From IMG/VR virus record IMGVR_UViG_3300037245_003487, positions 105,441-122,610 of that record: a stretch of 17,170 nt of DNA; one strand, written 5' to 3'. The position numbers and the translations under genes are program-made. A model generated the notes under the pieces. It saw only the letters and a list, made by a program, of their open reading frames with translations. It was not told where the DNA came from and ran no database searches. This DNA is from a virus (taxonomy: Duplodnaviria; Heunggongvirae; Uroviricota; Caudoviricetes). Below, piece after piece: positions 8,962 through 16,432 of this stretch. Each line of letters begins with the position of its first letter. Position 1 is the stretch's first letter.

Positions 8962-10050
8962 TTATTTTCTATTCTCAATGTAACCACCAGCACTTATTCT
9001 AAATTCTAATAGCCCTGATAAATCATCATTTACTGTCATTGTCATTTTATCATCATCTTCAGCTTTTAATATTACTGCCTGTGGAAATAAAACATTTATT
9101 GCTACCCATGAATTGGTTCCATCTGAACCATAACCTGTAACTTGTCCATTACTAAAATTCATCATATCTAAATGTCTTTTAATAGATGTTGTTACTATAG
9201 GTTCGCCATTTTTAATTCTCTGATAAGTTATTCCTGTATCTAACTCTCCAACCCCAAGCCAACCATCATATGGTATTTTTGGCATTGTACTATCAGTTAA
9301 TACTGGATTATACACATCAGCATAAACTATCATAAATTTATCAACATAATACCATGTTCCCTGCTGTGGTTTCACGGTATATATGATTGGATCACCAGTT
9401 TCTTCAAATTGTATATCATCAAGAAAATATTGAGGCTTAATTCCAGTTGAAGCTTCTTGTTGAAATCTAATTGCATCAACAGTTATAGTTCCTGAAACTC
9501 CTAAATCATCTAATGGTATAGTTATCTTTTGCCAAGCATCAAAATCTGAGAAATTAAAATAATCTTCTAAAAATACCTTATTGCCAACTTGCGTTCCAGT
9601 ATCTATATCCCAACAATAAACTGATGTAGATTCGCCTAAATCCCAATTATTATCAATATATATCCAAATAGTCAAACTTACAAAACCACTTAAATTAACA
9701 TCTGACCCTTTTGCAAATTGCCATATATCATTTGTATTAGGTTTATTAGCATAAACACTTTGTGAACCACCATGAAATTTTAACACACTATTGAATACAA
9801 CTGTAACACCAGTTATATTTGAGCCAGTCCATAATATAGAATCAATACCATCATGAATTTCTTCGGGAGTACCGCCAGCAGCAGCATTCTGGTTCATGTT
9901 TACACCATAATCTGCATTAGTAAAAAATGATAACCTATTCTCAAAAGTTTTAAGAGGGCGTGTAGCTACTACTAATCCGTTTTTTTCTGCTCCATTCTCA
10001 ACTTGTGCTTGAATACCAGTCATTGGATCAGTAATTATGCTTTTTATCAT
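8962..10050 (-). CDS. Probable virion protein with a carbohydrate-binding-module-like beta-sandwich
   Basis: 362 aa. The segment 'LSGFVSLTIWIY...WQKITIPLDDLG...DAIRFQ...YFLDDIQF' resembles galactose-binding/CBM11-like folds. The product is an inference. Confidence 0.65.
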   Translation of the reverse strand: MIKSIITDPMTGIQAQVENGAEKNGLVVATRPLKTFENRLSFFTNADYGVNMNQNAAAGGTPEEIHDGIDSILWTGSNITGVTVVFNSVLKFHGGSQSVYANKPNTNDIWQFAKGSDVNLSGFVSLTIWIYIDNNWDLGESTSVYCWDIDTGTQVGNKVFLEDYFNFSDFDAWQKITIPLDDLGVSGTITVDAIRFQQEASTGIKPQYFLDDIQFEETGDPIIYTVKPQQGTWYYVDKFMIVYADVYNPVLTDSTMPKIPYDGWLGVGELDTGITYQRIKNGEPIVTTSIKRHLDMMNFSNGQVTGYGSDGTNSWVAINVLFPQAVILKAEDDDKMTMTVNDDLSGLLEFRISAGGYIENRK

Positions 10051-10607
10051 TCCTCACCTATAATATCTATCGCTAAATCTAAAAACCCCTCTAATGCTGT
10101 GGTCCCTGTTTGAGCGTACATTGTAAATACACCATTTTTAGCAAGTACAATATCCATTTCAAAATTTCTATAATTTGTACCACTACCTGTTGCATGATAA
10201 AATCTATAAGCAGTATTGCCACCAGATAAACCAGTTATATTATTTCCGTCTTGAATAGTTCCTGTAATTGATTGACCAGAACTTGTATTTAAATTTACTG
10301 GAGAAATATCAGTTCCGGCAACTGGCGTACCATCATCTCCTAATTTAAGATCTATATATTCATTAGCTACTAATTTTATCCCAAAACCTTCAATAAGAAG
10401 ATCTTTTTCGCCTGTATTTTTAAGGTAGAAAAAACAATCATCAGCACCTGTTGGAGTTGCAGAAAAACTAATTACAAATGCGGTTCCATGCTCATGATTT
10501 AAATGATGTTCTGGAGATGCTGAGATTGCAGTTACCTTTAATCTTCCATCATCATTTATTTGAGCGCTTTTTCCATTCCCAGAGCCTGATTCTATTATCA
10601 ATCCCAT
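10047..10607 (-). CDS. Hypothetical, probable virion protein (paralog of 10618-11202)
   Basis: 186-aa Gly/Thr-rich ORF with a GGAG RBS and an ATGA overlap with the next gene. Confidence 0.75.
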   Translation of the reverse strand: MGLIIESGSGNGKSAQINDDGRLKVTAISASPEHHLNHEHGTAFVISFSATPTGADDCFFYLKNTGEKDLLIEGFGIKLVANEYIDLKLGDDGTPVAGTDISPVNLNTSSGQSITGTIQDGNNITGLSGGNTAYRFYHATGSGTNYRNFEMDIVLAKNGVFTMYAQTGTTALEGFLDLAIDIIGEE

Positions 10608-10617
10608 AATTTATCTC

Positions 10618-11202
10618 CTATATTTCTTTTAACAAAAAACTAATTCTTGTATAGAGTATTCCACCTGTTTGATCGCCCACATAACTCAATTCAATTGTTT
10701 GATTTGGTGGTATAATAACAGAGCCTTCTTTATTAAAAGCATTCATATCACATTCTGATTTCGTATACCATCTATCTATTTCTCTTGCTGTTCCAGTTAA
10801 TGTAGGATCGTCCTGATAAGCAGTCACTTCTGCCTGATTTCCAGAACCAGAAAAAATGTTTACTGGAGTCGCAGTACTTCCTGTAGCAGAATAAGTTCTT
10901 CCTAATGCTACTCTAAAATAATTACTAGCATTAGGTATAGCTGTACCACCAGATTGATCTATAATTTGGTGTCTTATGTATGTAACAATCATGTTTTTAG
11001 TAACACTTGTATTTTTTATATGTAAACCAACTACCGTTGCAGCTGCTAAAGTAGCTGTTCCTATGCATTGGTAAGCCTCTTCATTATCAACACTTATATT
11101 ATGTTGAATACTTTCAGCAACACTTCTTGTTTGCAGTCTGTTTTTTTTATCAACACCTGCTAGGTATCCTCTACCTTTCCCATCACGAACCATATCGGGC
11201 AT
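10618..11202 (-). CDS. Hypothetical, probable virion protein
   Basis: 194-aa ORF with a TAATG overlap, sharing motifs with 10047-10607. Confidence 0.75.
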   Translation of the reverse strand: MPDMVRDGKGRGYLAGVDKKNRLQTRSVAESIQHNISVDNEEAYQCIGTATLAAATVVGLHIKNTSVTKNMIVTYIRHQIIDQSGGTAIPNASNYFRVALGRTYSATGSTATPVNIFSGSGNQAEVTAYQDDPTLTGTAREIDRWYTKSECDMNAFNKEGSVIIPPNQTIELSYVGDQTGGILYTRISFLLKEI

Positions 11203-11438
11203 TATATTATCTCCTGCTGTGTTATGTAATTATCTGTTAAAATTGCTAAATGAATATTCATAATCCTTAACTCTTTTAACACATTATCCATAAGTGTTTG
11301 ATTATTACTATCAGTAATATTTATTTTTTGCTGAGTTCCTTCAGTTACTAAAGTTCCAGGATTTGTAACAAAACCACCGCTTCCAGTCTCTGAATTTTTA
11401 ACCATTATTATTGAATGGGAATTAACTGTTTCTATCAT
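11202..11438 (-). CDS. Small hypothetical protein
   Basis: 78-aa ORF coupled to the next gene, with an amphipathic helix LMDNVLKELRIMNIHLAILTD. Confidence 0.7.
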   Translation of the reverse strand: MIETVNSHSIIMVKNSETGSGGFVTNPGTLVTEGTQQKINITDSNNQTLMDNVLKELRIMNIHLAILTDNYITQQEII

Positions 11439-11489
11439 ATTTCCATACTCTGTTTACGCCTTTCGTACAACTCATGCTTTTCGCTACGC

Positions 11490-11888
11490 TTATGCTTCAA
11501 TAGCCCATCCCCTTACTTCTAATCCATATGTGTTATTTGCACTTCCGCATGACATCTCAAAAACTAAATGATCATCAGAATTTAAGGATACTTCCTCACC
11601 TGAAGGCCATATAGCTCTATAATCTTGTATGTCAAGCATAGTATGACTCAATATTATATAATTAAAGTTTGAGCCTCTATCTGCACTTATATATATTTTT
11701 AAATATTCTTGTGATATAAAAGGAACAGACCAATGCATTCTAATTTCAGTTAGAGTAAATCTTCTAGCTTTTGCATGTTCATCTGGACCAATAGACTGTT
11801 GTACAGCCCCATTAGATCCATTTTCACCTGAATAGAATGCGAACTCACTCCATCGATCATGGGCGTATATATCCCCACTAAAACTCAT
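11490..11888 (-). CDS. Hypothetical, probable virion protein (paralog of 8557-8952)
   Basis: 132-aa ORF whose start overlaps the last codons of the HNH gene. Confidence 0.75.
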   Translation of the reverse strand: MSFSGDIYAHDRWSEFAFYSGENGSNGAVQQSIGPDEHAKARRFTLTEIRMHWSVPFISQEYLKIYISADRGSNFNYIILSHTMLDIQDYRAIWPSGEEVSLNSDDHLVFEMSCGSANNTYGLEVRGWAIEA

Positions 11889-12555
11889 ATTTACCGCCCT
11901 TACTCATATTATCAAAACCCCATAAAGGCTGTAAATTGGTATAATTAAAACATTTTTCTTGTTCTTCTTTTTTTGTTAAATCAAAACTGCAGCAAGGACG
12001 AATATGATCTATATGCCATCCATAATAACTATAGTTATCAAAGGTCATTCCTGGTTGGAATTTAGATTTCAAATACAACTTTAATTCTTCAATTGAACAA
12101 CCTAATAATTCAATTGTTGATTTAGATTTATATTTACCTTTTAATGCACCCCAAATTCTACCTCTTAAATTATCAGTTAGTTTATAATTAATATCATTTT
12201 TGTATTTTTCTAATTTATATGCACTTATTTTATTTCTATTATTTTTTCCGTATACCCTATCTTGCTCTCTTTTACATATCTTGCATTTAGCATTCAATCC
12301 ATTCTTAGAATTTCCGTTTTTATTAAAATATTTTAAAGTACCTGGGTACTCTTTACCGCAGCAAGTACATTTTTTAAGTACATTTTTATCTAAAATAAAA
12401 TTTTGATTTCTTAATTTATATTTTTCTTTATATATTTTTTTACATGATTTGCATTGTGATTCTAATCCATATTTTCCAAACTTCGCATTATTAAAATTAT
12501 CTTCAATAGCTGATAGTTCAGTATTACATTTAGTACATATCTTAGTTTTTATCAC
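11878..12555 (-). CDS. Free-standing HNH (homing-type) endonuclease with two Zn-ribbon modules
   Basis: GTG start with an AAAGGA RBS. It has LLGCSIEEL, WHIDHIRP and NYTNLQPLWGFDNMSKG, plus two CxxC...CKxC modules. It is a paralog of 1658-2527. Confidence 0.85.
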   Translation of the reverse strand: MIKTKICTKCNTELSAIEDNFNNAKFGKYGLESQCKSCKKIYKEKYKLRNQNFILDKNVLKKCTCCGKEYPGTLKYFNKNGNSKNGLNAKCKICKREQDRVYGKNNRNKISAYKLEKYKNDINYKLTDNLRGRIWGALKGKYKSKSTIELLGCSIEELKLYLKSKFQPGMTFDNYSYYGWHIDHIRPCCSFDLTKKEEQEKCFNYTNLQPLWGFDNMSKGGKYEF

Positions 12556-12578
12556 ATTATCCTTTATTGTTTTTTAAT

Positions 12579-12621
12579 TAGGAAAAATGAAAACATTACT
12601 GCTGCTCTTCAGTTTTTCCTA
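12579..12621. other. Intergenic stem-loop between terL and the HNH gene
   Basis: TAGGAAAAA-TGAA (12579-12591) pairs with TTCA-g-TTTTTCCTA (12608-12621): 13 bp with one bulge. Confidence 0.5.
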
Positions 12622-12623
12622 TA

Positions 12624-14048
12624 TTAAATTGTTCTTATATTGAAGCTGGAATTACATGACTCATATAAACATAGAAGCAAAGCGTCCGCCATATCTGGAC
12701 TATTAAATCCACGTTTCTTATAATCATCCTTGCTCTCAATACATCTTCTACCTTTAAGATCAAGTTTCCATTGTCTATTAATTAACTCTTGCTCTAGATC
12801 TCTATCAAATTGACATGAGCAATTTTTTATTTTACTTGATGCTTCAAACCACATTTCACTAGAAGAATTATTGTATGAATCAGGGTCTTTAGCCTTAGAT
12901 CCAAAATTAATCCCTTTTACATTGTAATTATCTGCTTTTAACATATCTGCAACACCAGCACCAAGGCCAGTTTCATCGACATTAATCAATGTGCTTTTAT
13001 CAAAATCAGCAAACTTTTTTAACTCTTCAGTTATTGTTACTAAATCTTGATTTGATATTGTTTTTTTATCTATTATTTTTAAACCTTTTCTTTTATAAAA
13101 TACAGTTCTGTCGATCCCGAAACGAGCCAAGTCTGCGCCAATAAACACTTTCCCATCATCATTAAAATTTTCATCTTCATGATTTGCAAACATTTGTTTA
13201 ACATCAGCATAACTTACAGCTGTATTAGCACCCTCTGAAACTATTTCGCCTAAAACCTTAGTTTTGAACATTACAGAGTTTACGCCCCAATCACGTTCGC
13301 CATCTTCAATGTAGCCTTTACCTGATATCTGAGCGCCAAGGTCCTTATATGATTTTTCAATTCTATTAAAATTAAAATCCAATCCCTGGAACTTTTCACC
13401 AGTTAACTCAGGAGTATCATAAGCACTAATGCTTATTTTATGCCAAGGACTATCTGGTAAAAATGCTTGCTGATATTTACTTCCTATTTCAACACCATCT
13501 GTAGTACTTATTATCAACCATCTAGGGTCTCCAGCATTCATAGCACCCATGGCGCTATCGAACATCCATTCCTCGACACCTTTTGCTTCATCAAAAATAT
13601 AAAGCAAATGAGGAGCATGAAAACCTTCAGCTCTTGCTGGATCATCAGTACTAAAACCTAACATTTCATGTTTAGCATGATCTCTGTCTTTTACTTCTAC
13701 CTTTAAACAATCTCCAATAAGGAACTTATTGCTTTGATAGAAATTTCTTATTTCACCCCAAAGTAGTTTATCTACTTGTGGAAAAATAGGTGCAGTTGTA
13801 ATTACCTTGCTTTCAGGAAATACATTATAAAACCAACATGCTGCAACTGCTGCTGTGAAAGTTTTACTAACACCATGGGCTGCCTTTACAGCGGTCCTTT
13901 TATTATCTCTAATACTATAAAGAACTTCACGCATTTTACCCCAGGTGTACACACCGAGTATGTGCTCTGCCCAAAAGACAGGATCATCTCTATATTTTTG
14001 GAATAAATCTGCTAATGCATCATCATTTATTTCTGTTTCTTTTGCCAT
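12624..14048 (-). CDS. terL: Terminase large subunit
   Basis: DPVFWAEHILG, a Walker A-like KAAHGVSKT, Walker B YIFDEA, and an RNase H-like nuclease domain with IGADLARFGIDRT, VDETGLGAGVAD and SPDMADAL. Confidence 0.95.
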   Translation of the reverse strand: MAKETEINDDALADLFQKYRDDPVFWAEHILGVYTWGKMREVLYSIRDNKRTAVKAAHGVSKTFTAAVAACWFYNVFPESKVITTAPIFPQVDKLLWGEIRNFYQSNKFLIGDCLKVEVKDRDHAKHEMLGFSTDDPARAEGFHAPHLLYIFDEAKGVEEWMFDSAMGAMNAGDPRWLIISTTDGVEIGSKYQQAFLPDSPWHKISISAYDTPELTGEKFQGLDFNFNRIEKSYKDLGAQISGKGYIEDGERDWGVNSVMFKTKVLGEIVSEGANTAVSYADVKQMFANHEDENFNDDGKVFIGADLARFGIDRTVFYKRKGLKIIDKKTISNQDLVTITEELKKFADFDKSTLINVDETGLGAGVADMLKADNYNVKGINFGSKAKDPDSYNNSSSEMWFEASSKIKNCSCQFDRDLEQELINRQWKLDLKGRRCIESKDDYKKRGFNSPDMADALLLCLYESCNSSFNIRTI

Positions 14049-14464
14049 GCTTCCATTGTTGCTTTCATACTAAAACTATGACTTACTGCTGCTGTAATAT
14101 CCACAGCTTTCTTTTCTTGCCAATTCTCACGGTCAAATCTTTCTAGCCAATAAGCTGACCATTTAGGATTCTTTGCCGCTGCATCTTTAATGTTTCTAAC
14201 ATGAAAATCATAATTTTTAGTTTCAGCTTCTTTTAATCTTGTAAAAAAATTTACAAGCTTTTCCTTTTCAGATTTAGGAACTCTTACGGGTTCCTTTCCA
14301 GTCATAATATCTTCGTAACGTTTTTTCCAGATCGAGTATGTAGACATGGCAATCCCAACTGATGTAATTGCATATGTTCTAAAGTGACCTACTCCAACCA
14401 TTTCAACTATTTTATCAATTTGTGTTTTGGTAAGTTTTATCCTACCGCCTCTTCTTCCCGCCAT
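14027..14464 (-). CDS. Probable terminase small subunit (HTH-containing)
   Basis: 145 aa, overlapping the terL start by 22 nt. It has an HTH-like 'KLT...I..G.....A...VGI..STY..W' and a C-terminal 'W.AYWLER'. Confidence 0.7.
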   Translation of the reverse strand: MAGRRGGRIKLTKTQIDKIVEMVGVGHFRTYAITSVGIAMSTYSIWKKRYEDIMTGKEPVRVPKSEKEKLVNFFTRLKEAETKNYDFHVRNIKDAAAKNPKWSAYWLERFDRENWQEKKAVDITAAVSHSFSMKATMEAWQKKQK

Positions 14465-14482
14465 GTTATTACCTCAGTATGT

Positions 14483-14511
14483 ATAATAACATAGAATGGA
14501 TGAAGTGTAAA
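14483..14511 (-). promoter_or_regulatory. Sigma70-type promoter for the packaging/head operon
   Basis: On the minus strand: TTTACA (14511-14506), 17 nt, TATTAT (14488-14483), with an extended TG. A GAGGT RBS precedes the ATG at 14464. Confidence 0.6.
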
Positions 14512-14621
14512 TCAATCTCATGGTCAAATGTAAATTAATTGTAATAGCAGGAAACTGGGTATGGATAAAAGCATTGAAGTCAAACAATGTTAAATTTTTT
14601 ACTTATACCAACCTACTGTAC

Positions 14622-14650
14622 TTGACAAAAATAAATAAATATGTTATTAT
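14622..14650 (+). promoter_or_regulatory. Sigma70-type promoter
   Basis: TTGACA (14622-14627), 17 nt, TATTAT (14645-14650), with an extended TG. A GAGG RBS lies at 14661. Confidence 0.7.
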
Positions 14651-14669
14651 TAAAAATAAAGAGGTTTTT

Positions 14670-15512
14670 ATGGAAAGTGGTTATATTTACGTTATAAGAA
14701 GCGAATTAGTAAAAAACTGGATCAAGATTGGAAGATCTACAAATTTATTTAATAGAATGAAAAGTCATTCATCTTCAATGCCTGGTAATATTGAAAATTT
14801 ATTATCATTCCATGCTGATGGATACAAAAAAACAGAATTATTCTTACATCATTTTTTTAAAAATTATAGAGCTACGCCTAAAAGAGAATGGTTTATTTTT
14901 CCTGATATAATTATAAAAAAAATTAAATTTCTCAATTTTATATTAGATGAATCTAAAAAGACACATCATGATGATGTTAAAGATATCTTTATTAAAGAAT
15001 TTAATGAAAATATTCATACAGAAAATGGAATATGTTATGACTGCGGAAATGAATTGGATTTAAATAGTTATAATTTTCACAGGGACAATAATTCATTATC
15101 TAAATTTAAATCTATTTGTAAAAAATGCAGGAATGAAAAAGAAAAATTAAAGTATGGCGGCTACAAAAAACAAAAGGAATATAGAAAAGAATATAATTAT
15201 ATCTCAATAATAAATAAAAAAAATAAAATAATATTAAAAGAGTCCGATGGGCCACTTCTAGAAGATGGAATATTATTAATTATAAAAACAAGTGATAATG
15301 CTAGATTTATAAAATTTTTTACCGATGAGTTTTCCTTAGAAATGAATGACTTTAAATTTAATAAATTATTAAAAGGAATAAAAAATGTTAATGACCAATT
15401 ACAGATAAATACAAATTTTTATACTTATGATTACTTTAGGGTTAGTCATGTTATTGGTCTTTTTGAAAAATATTGTAAAACAAATGTAAATGCTGTTGAC
15501 AACGAAAATTAA
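14670..15512 (+). CDS. GIY-YIG superfamily endonuclease (T5orf172/MUG113-like) with a Zn-ribbon
   Basis: GYIYVI...WIKIGRSTNL..RM...E..LH..F..YR...REWF is a T5orf172-like GIY-YIG pattern. The start was reset to the ATG at 14670 because the promoter and RBS lie inside the longer ORF-track call. A CYDC...CKKC module lies at 15033-15128. Confidence 0.8.
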   Translation: MESGYIYVIRSELVKNWIKIGRSTNLFNRMKSHSSSMPGNIENLLSFHADGYKKTELFLHHFFKNYRATPKREWFIFPDIIIKKIKFLNFILDESKKTHHDDVKDIFIKEFNENIHTENGICYDCGNELDLNSYNFHRDNNSLSKFKSICKKCRNEKEKLKYGGYKKQKEYRKEYNYISIINKKNKIILKESDGPLLEDGILLIIKTSDNARFIKFFTDEFSLEMNDFKFNKLLKGIKNVNDQLQINTNFYTYDYFRVSHVIGLFEKYCKTNVNAVDNEN

Positions 15513-15524
15513 TTATGTTACATT
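15496..15524 (+). promoter_or_regulatory. Sigma70-type promoter for the 253-aa gene and its RNA tail
   Basis: TTGACA (15496-15501), 17 nt, TACATT (15519-15524), with an extended TG. An AAGGAGG RBS lies at 15541-15547. Confidence 0.7.
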
Positions 15525-15553
15525 ACAATTAACTTAAATAAAGGAGGCTCCTA

Positions 15554-16315
15554 ATGAGCGAAAAAACAAAAAATCAGCTTCATCAATTATTAGCTGTAGA
15601 GAATGGCAGAAAACAGCAAGCAGTCAATATTATGAATGAAACTATTAATACGTTTCAGAAAAAAACAGATCACTTTGATGGTCTAACTAAAATCTACTCA
15701 GCATTTGAAGAAGGTGGGCAAGAAGTTCCACCAGAAACCAAAGAAGTAAAAGAAACAGTTCCATCAAAAATTAATTATGCAAAAAAATCAATAATCAAAG
15801 CTATTGATGCGCAATTATCAAAGGAAGAATCAAATGCATCTGGTATTGTAAGGGCAGAATTACTTGTAAAAGGTGTTAGCTTTGGCGAGTTATCATCAAC
15901 TTCATTACTTGCACTTGAAAGCCATATGCTTAAAGTTAGAGCTGTATATAAAGCTATTCCAACTTTAGACCCTGTAAGAAAATGGAACAAAGATGAATTT
16001 GGCATTTATATAACTGACTCTGAAGTTAAATATAAAACATCTAAAAAACAACAAGTTATTACGCTTTACGAAGCGACCAAAGAACACCCAGCTCAAGTTC
16101 AGCTTGACTATGTAGACACACAAGTTGGTCAGTATGATACAACTTATAAATCAGGTAAAATTACACCAAAGCAAAAATCAGACTTACTTGCTAAAATTGA
16201 CAACATCATTGATGCAGTTAAAAGAGCAAGAGCGAAAGCTAACCAGGCTGAAATTGTTGAAATGAAAATTGGTAATAAATTATTTGATTACATTAACAAA
16301 GATATTTTAGGCTAG
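15554..16315 (+). CDS. Uncharacterised helical/beta-hairpin protein (resembles, from memory and unverified, the DUF7873-like family)
   Basis: 253-aa ORF with a perfect RBS and its own promoter. Conserved-looking motifs include LHQLLAVE, LLALE, IPTLDP..KW, LYEATKEHPAQV, SG.I and AVKRARAKAN. Function is unknown. Confidence 0.85.
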   Translation: MSEKTKNQLHQLLAVENGRKQQAVNIMNETINTFQKKTDHFDGLTKIYSAFEEGGQEVPPETKEVKETVPSKINYAKKSIIKAIDAQLSKEESNASGIVRAELLVKGVSFGELSSTSLLALESHMLKVRAVYKAIPTLDPVRKWNKDEFGIYITDSEVKYKTSKKQQVITLYEATKEHPAQVQLDYVDTQVGQYDTTYKSGKITPKQKSDLLAKIDNIIDAVKRARAKANQAEIVEMKIGNKLFDYINKDILG

Positions 16316-16432
16316 ATTTATATATCAGCATTAGTCTTAGCTTTACAAGGAATCTTAGCTCATAGTAGCTATGTTTTCCGATCAGACTTTTGCCTAACTA
16401 GCTTTATTCATTAAAATCTATTTTACATACAA

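Noticed and set aside
11439-11489. Possible small ribozyme (GAAA-containing mini-hairpins on the minus strand)
   Set aside because: There is no CUGANGA hammerhead core, and the stems are only 2-4 bp.
14520-14669. N-terminal 50-aa extension of the GIY-YIG ORF given in the ORF track
   Set aside because: It spans a consensus promoter and RBS that point to the ATG at 14670, and it has no RBS of its own.
14525-15491. Repeat CAAATGTAAAT at 14525 and 15481
   Set aside because: An 11-mer of this composition is expected by chance in AT-rich sequence, and the two copies are placed inconsistently relative to promoters.
1308-16005. Short antisense ORFs in the track (1308, 1860, 4020, 4637, 5092, 6428, 6856, 7061, 8270, 12200, 13467, 13776, 15775)
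   Set aside because: All lie opposite well-supported genes, have Phe/Ser/Leu/Ile-rich shadow composition and show no recognisable motifs.
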